A DNA stretch of 64,000 bases from an archaeon (GTDB taxonomy: Archaea > Nanobdellota > Nanobdellia > Woesearchaeales > SM23-78): positions 70,155 to 134,154 of the forward strand of contig JAZDMG010000007.1 of the NCBI GenBank assembly GCA_043801165.1, read 5' to 3'. The stretch's first letter is position 1. Every line of letters begins with the position of its first letter. Below are positions 27,180 to 35,384 of this stretch, piece by piece. A program made the position numbers and the translations under genes. Below the pieces are notes generated by a model. That model searched no databases and had not been told where the DNA came from. It worked only from the letters and a program-made list of their open reading frames with translations.

Positions 27180-28136
27180 TTAAGCACCAGTCGCAGAAAA
27201 AACCACAGTACCGTTACAGATACCAAAAGGGTTGTCGGTTATATTAATATGCAGCCTCCAATAGGTGGAATTAACCATCAACACCGCAGGATCTATCTGC
27301 TTAGCAATGCTAACCCCGGGAACCATAGCTGCAGTACCTGTTATGCTGATCATAGAATCATAGCCAACATCGCTTCCCGAGTACCTTTCGTTTGAAATCG
27401 ATAGATTTCTCTGCTCACAGCGCATAGCAATCCCCGTACCGGTGGTCGCGTTATCCCCGCCAAAGCCATAAACAGTCACATTAATAGGAAGATTACCAAA
27501 ATTAGTCACATTAGCCTGGGTAGAATTAGACGTATCATCAACAGATAAGGTGCCGTAATCAATAACCTCAGTTACGTTCAAAGCCAAAAGCGCACCAATG
27601 GAAGCATTATTCGCGTTAAAACCACTTGTGTTATAATCATCCCAGGCAGTAGCATTAACCCTCCAAGACCCGTTGTTGGCATAATACCACACATCGAACA
27701 CACAGGTCCAATTCTGATAATAACCAGAATAGCTCCCGTTCACAGAGCAATTGCCAGTAGTATAATGGGTATTATTATCATCCGGATCAGAAGAATAGTT
27801 AAGGTAATAATAAAACGTAGCGTTTACATAAAAGATTGTGTTGCCACCATTGAAATCTCTTGTCTGAACTAAACAAGAAACAGCCTTTGTGGTACCTCCG
27901 TTGAGCACTACTGTGCTCCCATTATTACAGGTTATGTTAATAACCTCAGGATAGGCATTGGTGACGTTAACCGTGGCATGGACACTGTAGTTCCTGTAAT
28001 TCGGACCAGGACCCCAACTGACCGCAGATGGAATCCTAACGACAAGAAAAAAGATTAGCAGAGATATAAATATTAAGAAGGCTTTCCTTCCGAGAGACTC
28101 TGACATTTTACCAAATAAGAGACCATTCATAGTCAA
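27180..28136 (-). CDS. Secreted protein, paralog family B (B1)
   Basis: Signal peptide followed by the conserved SWGPGPNYRNYSV. Shares DPDDNNTHYT, WYYANNGSWR, ANVTNFGNLPINVTVYGFGG, NERYS, NSTYWR and PFGICNGTVVFSA with 37309..38262 and with the C-terminus of giant 2. Starts 14 nt after the A3 stop (likely co-transcribed). Confidence 0.85.
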   Translation of the reverse strand: MTMNGLLFGKMSESLGRKAFLIFISLLIFFLVVRIPSAVSWGPGPNYRNYSVHATVNVTNAYPEVINITCNNGSTVVLNGGTTKAVSCLVQTRDFNGGNTIFYVNATFYYYLNYSSDPDDNNTHYTTGNCSVNGSYSGYYQNWTCVFDVWYYANNGSWRVNATAWDDYNTSGFNANNASIGALLALNVTEVIDYGTLSVDDTSNSTQANVTNFGNLPINVTVYGFGGDNATTGTGIAMRCEQRNLSISNERYSGSDVGYDSMISITGTAAMVPGVSIAKQIDPAVLMVNSTYWRLHINITDNPFGICNGTVVFSATGA

Positions 28137-28150
28137 TAACTCATCTAAGT

Positions 28151-28918
28151 CTAAGTATTATCAAGTTCAACGTAAAAGTAATATGTGGTTGTGACTGAAG
28201 TGGTTCCGTTCTCTGCAATTATTGCCTGGAAATCGTATTGAGAAGAGTTATCATAGCCCCTTCGATTATCATTCAAAAGGGAAGTATAAACCATTGTACT
28301 CCCATCAAATAAGAGAACTTCCTGGAAATCAGCAGTTGAACTGGCTGCCTGGACAGTGTCATTCACCCAGGTGGCGATTGAGCTGCAGTTATTCTGAGCT
28401 ATAGGAATACCTCCGACATCAAATGACCTATGAGCCTTTGCAATGAAGGTGTTATTGATATTATCTGCATCAATGTTACCAAAACCCAACAAAAGCTGTT
28501 CGCTAACCACCTGAGCATTGTTCGCACAGCCAACTCCAGAGAAATTGACAGAAGCATTCCTGGATATGAACAATTTCCCGCTGGCAACAGACACAGACGG
28601 CCACTCATAGATACTCCTGTTGTTCACATTCTGTAAAACAAATGATCCCGAAACATTTCCAACATAAGCCTTCCAGTTAAGATCCTGTTGCTCAACTGAT
28701 AAAACAGCAGTTATTATGTTCCCACCAGAATCGTTCCTGCTGGCAGGAATCCTGACTGGACCCGTATCAACAGTCGGAGTACCAACTATGGTAGCACCAA
28801 AAGGCGCAGCATTGACCAAATAAAATGAAAAGCTACAGATTAGCACAATCACAGCTAAGAATATAAGCTGTTTTACGCGTCTTCCCATCATATGATCGTG
28901 TTTTGTCATTGTGTTCAC
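28151..28918 (-). CDS. Secreted protein, paralog family A (A3)
   Basis: Signal peptide. Motifs WKAYVGNVSG, IYEW, GCANN, NNTF, FQEVLLFD and YDFQAIIAE, with C-terminal YYFYVELDNT. Confidence 0.85.
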   Translation of the reverse strand: MNTMTKHDHMMGRRVKQLIFLAVIVLICSFSFYLVNAAPFGATIVGTPTVDTGPVRIPASRNDSGGNIITAVLSVEQQDLNWKAYVGNVSGSFVLQNVNNRSIYEWPSVSVASGKLFISRNASVNFSGVGCANNAQVVSEQLLLGFGNIDADNINNTFIAKAHRSFDVGGIPIAQNNCSSIATWVNDTVQAASSTADFQEVLLFDGSTMVYTSLLNDNRRGYDNSSQYDFQAIIAENGTTSVTTTYYFYVELDNT

Positions 28919-28931
28919 CTGTCATTTCATA

Positions 28932-28970
28932 ATAAAAAAAATAAAAAAACCCTGCTAATGCAGGGGTTTT
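28932..28970 (-). terminator. Hairpin plus oligo-T terminator after A4
   Basis: CCCTGC-TAAT-GCAGGG (28950-28965). On the minus strand it is followed by TTTTTTTATTTTTTTTAT. Archaeal termination at oligo-T tracts is established. Confidence 0.6.
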
Positions 28971-28985
28971 TATTAGTCTGCATCC

Positions 28986-29726
28986 TCAATCCAACTCTAT
29001 GTAAAAGTACATTGATGTTGATCCGGCACCATCAGATTCTCCCACAAGCAACTCGAAGTCATAGCTTGTTCCTGTGAAACTTGTGGCTGAATCATTTATC
29101 AAAGTCGTATAGACAGCTGTTCCGGCGGTGTCTACTAACAATATCTGATAATAGAGTGACGCCACTCTCCCAGTATCACTGTACGCATTAGTGCTGTTGC
29201 ACCCGCTCAAGGCCGCACTGCCAACCTGGAAGTTGGGATGAGTGTTCCCTGCGAATGTCTCGAAAACACCATCAGCATCCGCCGCAACTATACCTAGTGA
29301 AGTGTCAATTGCATCTATCAATGTTGAATTAGCGCAGCTTATCCCTGCCCATGCAACGTTGTTGATTGATGAAGCGAATATCTCTCCTGCAGGCACTCCC
29401 ACACCGGTCCAATCGTAGAACACTTTGCCATCGCTATCCTGCAAAGTCACGTTTCCAGAGATGTTTCCATAGAAACCAGCCCAGTGGGTTGTTATAGTAT
29501 CACCATATAAATCAAGCTGCGTTACGTTCCCAGCCATAGCATCAACAGCGACTGTTGATGTGTTGGTGAAACTAGCCCTGCTTGTCGCTCCGAGGGTGTA
29601 ATCTGTAGCGCCCTGAACAGCAAAAACCGATGTCACTCCCGTCAGGAACAATCCTAACGCCACTGCCAATATAAACACTGTCTTAAAAACTGCTTTCCTT
29701 TCCATTTTGTCTTTCCTCCATATCAT
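28986..29726 (-). CDS. Secreted protein, paralog family A (A4)
   Basis: Signal peptide (the ATG at 29705, MERKAVFK, is an alternative start). Motifs WAGFYGNISG, FYDW, SCANS, ETF, YQILLVD and YDFELLVGE, with C-terminal MYFYIELD. Followed by a hairpin plus T-run terminator. Confidence 0.85.
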   Translation of the reverse strand: MIWRKDKMERKAVFKTVFILAVALGLFLTGVTSVFAVQGATDYTLGATSRASFTNTSTVAVDAMAGNVTQLDLYGDTITTHWAGFYGNISGNVTLQDSDGKVFYDWTGVGVPAGEIFASSINNVAWAGISCANSTLIDAIDTSLGIVAADADGVFETFAGNTHPNFQVGSAALSGCNSTNAYSDTGRVASLYYQILLVDTAGTAVYTTLINDSATSFTGTSYDFELLVGESDGAGSTSMYFYIELD

Positions 29727-29768
29727 TTTATCCTTTCTTTTATCCTTTTGATAGCAATCCCTATCCTG

Positions 29769-30422
29769 CTAATCTGTCTTCGCCTCCTCACTAGTCTTGA
29801 TTCTCACTAGGTTTGAAGGATCGTAAAGCGCATAGAATCTTGCAGTTGAGGAAGCACTAATCATTCGCTTGGCCTCGCTCTGAGATTTAACATTGAATAG
29901 AATCGTTTTTGAAGTGCCGTCTCGCGCACGAATAAAGCTCTTCTTCAGTTCCCGCTTGAGATCAGGGTTCTCAGACACTATAAACATAGAGATTTCATCC
30001 GAATCTAGCTGGTTCAGGTTAATGAATATTGAATCTATAACCTTTATATGCTCATCTAATGACCAAAAGGCCTTCTCAAGGAAATAGTGAAGCTGGGGCT
30101 TGTCCAGGAACCATATCTTCAAAATCACCTTATTATACTCGCTCAGTTGAAGAAGCTTTTTCTCTACAAAATCACTGGCGCTGGTAATCAAGAATGACTG
30201 GTTCCCAACAAGAGAGTAGAGCAGCCTTGGCTGCCCTTTGTCTCTGTTGGAGATTCTTTTACATTGAACAAGTCCGGCCATCTCTAGAAGACGCAGTTGT
30301 TGGCTGATGTTTGCAACTGAGGTACTTGATAGCTTTGCCAACTGTAGCGGTGACTTGCTTCCTGAAGAGAGTATCTTCAGGATGTCCCATTTCGAGGCCG
30401 TAAATAGTGTTTCTTGTTCCAT
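29769..30422 (-). CDS. ArsR-like winged-HTH regulator with ~130-aa C-terminal domain of unknown function
   Basis: N-terminus WDILKILSSGSKSPLQLAKLSSTSVANISQQLRLLEMAGLVQCKR...RLLYSL has the ArsR/SmtB-type wHTH pattern. Lies 42 nt upstream of A4 on the same strand. Confidence 0.7.
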   Translation of the reverse strand: MEQETLFTASKWDILKILSSGSKSPLQLAKLSSTSVANISQQLRLLEMAGLVQCKRISNRDKGQPRLLYSLVGNQSFLITSASDFVEKKLLQLSEYNKVILKIWFLDKPQLHYFLEKAFWSLDEHIKVIDSIFINLNQLDSDEISMFIVSENPDLKRELKKSFIRARDGTSKTILFNVKSQSEAKRMISASSTARFYALYDPSNLVRIKTSEEAKTD

Positions 30423-30511
30423 TTTGCTTGCAACGGTATTTAATATGAAAACAGACCTACTGCCATTGCTTATGCGCTGTCAGTATCGTCCATTCAATCT
30501 TCATTATCGCG

Positions 30512-30530
30512 GTATACGTTTTAGTATAAC
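30512..30530. promoter_or_regulatory. 19-nt element GTATACGTTTTAGTATAAC
   Basis: Matches 34458-34476 (GTATACCTTTTAGTATACT) at 16 of 19 positions. Lies between the TATA box and the ArsR-like gene. Confidence 0.45.
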
Positions 30531-30550
30531 AAAATCCTAATAGCATCACT

Positions 30551-30568
30551 TATATTTAAATATTTCGG
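30551..30568 (-). promoter_or_regulatory. BRE/TATA promoter for the ArsR-like gene
   Basis: The minus strand reads CCGAAATA-TTTAAATATA, ~130 nt upstream of the ATG at 30422. Confidence 0.45.
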
Positions 30569-30678
30569 TTCATGATTAATTACTGCAATTAACTAACCAA
30601 TGAAATAATAAGTTAAATTAGTTAATTAAACAGTTAAACAGATGTTTCTCCGACGGAAAAATAAAATTAAGAAGGGAC

Positions 30679-31431
30679 TCAACCCAGCTCAGCGTAGAAG
30701 AAGTAGGTTGTTGATATCTCACGCGGATCATCCGGAACAATAAACTGGAAATCATACACCCTTGTGTCAAAACCAACCTTCTTATTCTCTAATAACGTAA
30801 CAAACACAAGGTTCCTGGTGTCAGACAGCAACACTTCCTGGAATTGGGAAGTCTCGTTAAATGTTTGAGGCGCATCGTTAATATAAGTGGATATTGCATA
30901 ACAAGAGCTATTCTGAATGCTACCGACGCCACCGATAACAAATGACTTGTGAATCTTTTGCCTAAAGGTACTGTTAATGCTGTCATCGCTCAAAGAGGAT
31001 ATGTTGAGATAATTCTCCTCAGAGATTATCTGGCTGCCATTGGCACAACCCAATGAAGAGAAATTAATCGAATTATTCCTTGAGACATACACCTCTCCCT
31101 GAATCGAAGTCAGAGACCAATCGTATATGGACCTGTTACTGGAATCATCCAATGTAATCCTGCCCGTAACATTTCCTACATATGCCTTCCATTTACTCGT
31201 CTGAGATGTAACATTCAAACGGAGTGTCGTGAATGACCCTCCTTCCGCTGCATGTGAATCAGCAGGCCTAACGCTGGCATTTTCTGTGGTGCCGTATATT
31301 ATTGACACTCCCTGAGGGATGGCAATGGTTTCCACGGACATGAGCAGGAGAATAACAAGTATCAGGATTACTATTATCTTAGGCGTGATCCAGCCTATTC
31401 TACATCTTTTAACACAATCTATTTTTGCCAT
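30679..31431 (-). CDS. Secreted protein, paralog family A (A5)
   Basis: Long hydrophobic signal/anchor. Motifs WKAYVGNVTG, IYDW, GCANG, NSTF, FQEVLLSD and YDFQFIVPD, with C-terminal YFFYAELG. The start overlaps the stop of the upstream 2xHTH gene by 13 nt. Confidence 0.85.
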   Translation of the reverse strand: MAKIDCVKRCRIGWITPKIIVILILVILLLMSVETIAIPQGVSIIYGTTENASVRPADSHAAEGGSFTTLRLNVTSQTSKWKAYVGNVTGRITLDDSSNRSIYDWSLTSIQGEVYVSRNNSINFSSLGCANGSQIISEENYLNISSLSDDSINSTFRQKIHKSFVIGGVGSIQNSSCYAISTYINDAPQTFNETSQFQEVLLSDTRNLVFVTLLENKKVGFDTRVYDFQFIVPDDPREISTTYFFYAELG

Positions 31432-31934
31432 TTTTCAACTTTATTCTTGAACCTAGCGTGCACAGTCCAAACAGTCCGCTGGTCCCTCCCAATCATTCTC
31501 GCAATATCAGCATAGGTCAGGTTTGATTCTCTCAGAAACGACACAAGCGATTCAAGAATACTCAATTGCGAATTTTTAAATGCACTCAGAGGTATTGTAA
31601 GGCTGGTGTTTGCCAAAACGAGTGGCTTCTTGTTCTTCACCGCCGCATATGTACTCCAGATTGTCCTGACATCTCGATCAAGTAGATGGGCTATTTGCCT
31701 GTTTTGAAGTCCTTTGACCTCCTTCAAGTATTTAACTACCACTTGGAGTGGAGCTAGATTACTTTGAAATATTGAGATTGGAAGATAGAGCTCGTTCTCA
31801 TATTTTATAGTTAAATAAGAAACAGAAGGCAATTCCGACATGGTGCCTTCTTGCTCGAAGTTGGATTCGCCCAAATCTGCTTGCAGACCGTAGTCTAACA
31901 TATCGCGACTTACAAAAAAGTACTGTTTGGACAT
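31419..31934 (-). CDS. Small protein with two sigma-70-region-4/LuxR-like HTH repeats
   Basis: Internal duplication: LQVVVKYLKEVKGLQNRQIAHLLDRDVRTIWSTYAAVKNK and LESLVSFLRESNLTYADIARMIGRDQRTVWTVHARFKNK. TTTATAAA on the minus strand lies ~25 nt upstream of the ATG (leaderless-type spacing). Confidence 0.7.
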   Translation of the reverse strand: MSKQYFFVSRDMLDYGLQADLGESNFEQEGTMSELPSVSYLTIKYENELYLPISIFQSNLAPLQVVVKYLKEVKGLQNRQIAHLLDRDVRTIWSTYAAVKNKKPLVLANTSLTIPLSAFKNSQLSILESLVSFLRESNLTYADIARMIGRDQRTVWTVHARFKNKVEKWQK

Positions 31935-32125
31935 TTACAATCATATAATGTAAGTGTGTATTTATAAACATTTTGATTAAGACTGTTATCAAGTATGACC
32001 TGGTAAGTAATTTAATCATGTTATGTAAGTAATATCCCTATTGAATATTCTCGCAGGAAGAAGCACAAAACAAAAGGTTTAAATATGATAATCCAAGAAA
32101 AATAGGCTTGGGAGGGAAAAAATTC

Positions 32126-33901
32126 ATGAGGTACAAACTCAGAAGCATAGTGGCTGTGGCTTTATTCATATTCTGGCTCGCCAGCATCAGCAGTTTTGCT
32201 CTTGCAAAAACGGATGAAGTTGTATCGAACTCTGCAGACTGGCGAGATGTCTATTCATCAATAATCTACGCCAATCTCATCGGCGCCAGTAACCACTTTC
32301 TCACAAGCACGCCTCATGGCCCAATCCTGCTGTTCGAAATCCCAAAAAACAGAGAGGGCATACAGATAATTACCTCTGCAGACAAGCCATTCTACGTAGG
32401 TTATGAATCATTGATGACAAGCAAAGGTTACAGCAACGTCGAAGAACTGATCTTCTCGCAATCAAACCTTGAATTAGCCAAACGACTTCCCACTGAGATA
32501 GACCGTTTCATTGTCCTGGATGATGCATACGGATACAATGCGTTAGCCGTCGCTCCATTTGCCGCAAAGGCAAAATATTACGTGCTATTCGCTAACAGCA
32601 GAAATATTGGCGAAATAAGTGATTTCCTGTCAACAAAGACATTAAAAAGCATCATTCTATATGGCCAACTTGACCGAGAGGTGAAAGCAGCCCTGGCTAG
32701 GTATAACCCTGAGACAATAAACAGTGAAAGCGGGAGCCGTTTCGAGAACAATATGAAAATAGTTGACAAATACTCTGAGATTGGCAACATCAAGCAAGTC
32801 ATTCTCACTAATGGAGAGTTCATTGAGTCTAGCATGATGAGCGGTGATGAAGCCGTTATTTTCATAGGAAAAAACAATGTTCCTCAGGAGATAAAAGATT
32901 ACATCAACAGCAGGGGCGTAGATATTGGAGTTCTAATAGGAAACGAACTCATCGGCAGCGCGACAGATATCAGGCGGCAACTGGGAATAAGCGTCTTTGT
33001 GAAATTTGCCAGGGGGTCTAGAGTGCCTGGCGGCTCAATAAACCCTGTTGAGGATCTTGATCGGTTTCCAATGCCAAGCTATCAGCTAAGCTTGAGCATA
33101 GTATCTATATCGTATAACAAAGCGACCGGACTTCTGGAGGTCACATATAAAAATAATGTTGACCTAGCAGCCTACTTCAAATCAACAATAACAGTGAGAA
33201 ATGCGAATGGTGAGACCATTGTCACAGATGGAGATGCCGGCATCATATTTATAGATGGAGGAGAAACTAAAACAATCACCTACAATAGGACCAGAGGAAT
33301 AGACCCTGCGCAATTAAACGGCGAACTCACTGGCGAGATATACACCATCTACGGAGAGTCAAAAACATCTCTAGAAAATGTTCTGAGAGGGACATTCAAG
33401 ATTGAAATGATTGAAGTCATGGATAATACGGATATAGAAATAATAGACCTGGTCTATGACAAGAACAGAGGAATATTCTATGTCACTATTGAGAACACTG
33501 GAAAAGTAGATGCCTATGTCAGCGCTGAATTAATTGATCTATGGATTAATGGTGAATATGTCACTGTCGCTTCTGACGAAATATTCAAGATAGCTGTCGG
33601 ACAGAAAAAAGATATTCCAATCAAGATAGCGCTTGCAGAAGAGGATCTCCTGGACAAAAAGAACTCCGAGATAGATGTCCTGGCAAGGTTTGGTGAGAGG
33701 ATGCACGCTCTGATTAATAGCAAAACTAAATCATTCAGTCTCAAATTCAGAGAAGGCACGATGTGGTACTACGGGGTGCTGTTTGTCGTCATAATCTTGC
33801 TGTTGTTACTGCTCATAAGAAGACGGAAGAGATGTCCTAGGTGCAGAACAATGAACAAGAAAGATGCCACCATATGCAGAAAATGCGGGCATCAATTGTG
33901 A
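32126..33901 (+). CDS. Surface protein with three CWB2-like repeats, Ig/CARDB-like region, TM anchor and cytoplasmic zinc ribbon
   Basis: The ATG at 32126 follows GGGAGGG (the track start at 32108 is a TTG). After the signal peptide come three ~90-aa repeats resembling cell-wall-binding repeat 2 (e.g. YNALAVAPFAAKAKYYVLFA...SIILYGQLDREV). TM VLFVVIILLLLLLI, then RRRKRCPRCRTMNKKDATICRKCGHQL. Confidence 0.7.
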   Translation: MRYKLRSIVAVALFIFWLASISSFALAKTDEVVSNSADWRDVYSSIIYANLIGASNHFLTSTPHGPILLFEIPKNREGIQIITSADKPFYVGYESLMTSKGYSNVEELIFSQSNLELAKRLPTEIDRFIVLDDAYGYNALAVAPFAAKAKYYVLFANSRNIGEISDFLSTKTLKSIILYGQLDREVKAALARYNPETINSESGSRFENNMKIVDKYSEIGNIKQVILTNGEFIESSMMSGDEAVIFIGKNNVPQEIKDYINSRGVDIGVLIGNELIGSATDIRRQLGISVFVKFARGSRVPGGSINPVEDLDRFPMPSYQLSLSIVSISYNKATGLLEVTYKNNVDLAAYFKSTITVRNANGETIVTDGDAGIIFIDGGETKTITYNRTRGIDPAQLNGELTGEIYTIYGESKTSLENVLRGTFKIEMIEVMDNTDIEIIDLVYDKNRGIFYVTIENTGKVDAYVSAELIDLWINGEYVTVASDEIFKIAVGQKKDIPIKIALAEEDLLDKKNSEIDVLARFGERMHALINSKTKSFSLKFREGTMWYYGVLFVVIILLLLLLIRRRKRCPRCRTMNKKDATICRKCGHQL

Positions 33902-33996
33902 TTCTTAAAAAAAAAAGCTCCCGATGGTTTGAGGAAAAGGGGAGGGTGGTTGGTCTTAAGAATTGACCAAAGGGAGCCCTTCTTTTTTAACATGAG

Positions 33997-34416
33997 TTAC
34001 TTTTGTTTGAACATTAGCGGCCTGGGTGGTTTCCTGTATTCCTGCAACCACATTAGACCGATTCGCATCATGTTCTTGTTGAACTTTTCGCTGAGTTTGT
34101 AGGTCTTCTTGTACATGTCGTAATCAATCAAGCCCATAGTCTTCATTGGAGTGAGTATCCTGTCGTAAAATTGTCTCTTATTGTATGAAATCTTGACCTT
34201 CTTCTTTATTCCTAATCTTTCATCTGAAACAACCTCAACATCGATTCCGTCATGTAGTTGTGTCGCAAACATCGACATTTCTGTCTTCCCGATCTCACCT
34301 TGCTTAAGTTTCATCTCTTCGATGAGCATTTTTCCAACAATAACTTGTTGTTTTGTTGCGAAGATGATCTCGTATATGTTCTCCGGCAGGTTGTACTGAT
34401 CGAATAATATAACCAT
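33997..34416 (-). CDS. Hypothetical small protein, possible wHTH
   Basis: 139 aa. The minus-strand TATA (34439-34446) lies ~25 nt upstream of the ATG. The C-terminal FYDRILTPMKTMGLIDYDMYKKTYKLSEKF resembles a winged-helix recognition helix plus wing. Weak call. Confidence 0.5.
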   Translation of the reverse strand: MVILFDQYNLPENIYEIIFATKQQVIVGKMLIEEMKLKQGEIGKTEMSMFATQLHDGIDVEVVSDERLGIKKKVKISYNKRQFYDRILTPMKTMGLIDYDMYKKTYKLSEKFNKNMMRIGLMWLQEYRKPPRPLMFKQK

Positions 34417-34438
34417 ACAACATATAAAGCATAACTAG

Positions 34439-34453
34439 TATATAAATATTTCG
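34439..34453 (-). promoter_or_regulatory. BRE/TATA promoter for 33997..34416
   Basis: The minus strand reads CGAAATA-TTTATATA. The ATG at 34416 is ~25 nt downstream (leaderless-type). Confidence 0.55.
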
Positions 34454-34457
34454 TTTC

Positions 34458-34476
34458 GTATACCTTTTAGTATACT
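34458..34476. promoter_or_regulatory. 19-nt element GTATACCTTTTAGTATACT in the divergent promoter region
   Basis: Second copy of the element at 30512-30530. Contains two GTATAC cores (34458-34463 and 34470-34475). Confidence 0.45.
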
Positions 34477-34509
34477 GTCTGTGAGTAAATAAGTAAAAAA
34501 ATAAGTAGA

Positions 34510-34517
34510 TTTATAAA
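34510..34517 (+). promoter_or_regulatory. TATA box for the AbrB-like gene operon
   Basis: AGATTTATAAATTTT. The same 15-mer occurs at 41638-41652 upstream of 41703. Confidence 0.5.
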
Positions 34518-34539
34518 TTTTGAAGTATTTAAAAACAAC

Positions 34540-34722
34540 ATGGAGTTCAGACGAAAACTTTACACTCGTGGAAGCAGTTTTGAAACAACAATTCCGCGCC
34601 CACTCCTATTCTCAATCGACAAGCAAAAGAAATACGAAGTTGTGTTTGCTTTCGATTCTACTCTTAATAAATGGTTCATCGAAATAAAAGATAGAGAAAC
34701 AGAACATGAACAAGCAGAATAA
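34540..34722 (+). CDS. AbrB/SpoVT-like small DNA-binding protein
   Basis: 60 aa. RKLYTRGSSFETTIPRPLL matches the AbrB/MazE swapped-hairpin pattern (R/K-x-G-x-S-x-x-h-T-I-P-K/R). TTTATAAA at 34510-34517 lies 22 nt upstream of the ATG. Confidence 0.55.
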   Translation: MEFRRKLYTRGSSFETTIPRPLLFSIDKQKKYEVVFAFDSTLNKWFIEIKDRETEHEQAE

Positions 34723-35383
34723 ACAAATTGAGGAAATCGTGACAGTGATATGCGTCTCGCTATTACTGCTCACCACTATGATTGTATTCGAAAAAATGAT
34801 GAATGTTCCATTCGAAAACGTGACTGGAGAAGTGTTAACAACAGTCCGTATCATTGAAACCCGCGTAGCCTACTGCAATTTCACCCTTGAGGAAGGACTT
34901 AATTTAGTCTCTTTTTTCTGCATAAGAAACGGTGCGCACAGAACTGAAGTAATTGAAAACATCACAAACCTAGAGTCTATCTTTGAGTACCAAGAGAATG
35001 CCCCTGACAGATGGAAGAGCTACAATCCTGCACTGCCTTGGTTTGTTGTCCAAGACCTAGAAGTGATGTACCGAACAGAGGGATATTGGATCAGAATGCG
35101 AGCTCAAGAAGATTTTCTCACAGGAGGAGGATTAAGATTGATTAATTACATCAACTTCGTTCCAGGCTGGAATCTGGCAGGTTATCCGACGAACAAGACA
35201 AAGCCTGTCAATGAATCATTTGCATCGATTGAGGGCAATTTCACCGAGGTAAGGGCGTATAACGTATCAACGCAGGTCTTCACGAACTACATTCCCGGTA
35301 TTGGTGGCGGTCTGACTGAAACTAATCCTAATCGCGGTTATTGGATCAACGTGAGCGTGAATGAGGTGTGGGTTGTTGATTAA
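34706..35383 (+). CDS. Membrane-anchored extracytoplasmic protein
   Basis: 225 aa. N-terminal anchor IVTVICVSLLLLTTMIVF. C-terminal GWNLAGYP ... NRGYWINV pattern, common in uncharacterised surface proteins. Overlaps the previous gene by 17 nt, and the next gene starts 2 nt after its stop. Confidence 0.65.
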   Translation: MNKQNKQIEEIVTVICVSLLLLTTMIVFEKMMNVPFENVTGEVLTTVRIIETRVAYCNFTLEEGLNLVSFFCIRNGAHRTEVIENITNLESIFEYQENAPDRWKSYNPALPWFVVQDLEVMYRTEGYWIRMRAQEDFLTGGGLRLINYINFVPGWNLAGYPTNKTKPVNESFASIEGNFTEVRAYNVSTQVFTNYIPGIGGGLTETNPNRGYWINVSVNEVWVVD

Positions 35384-35384
35384 G

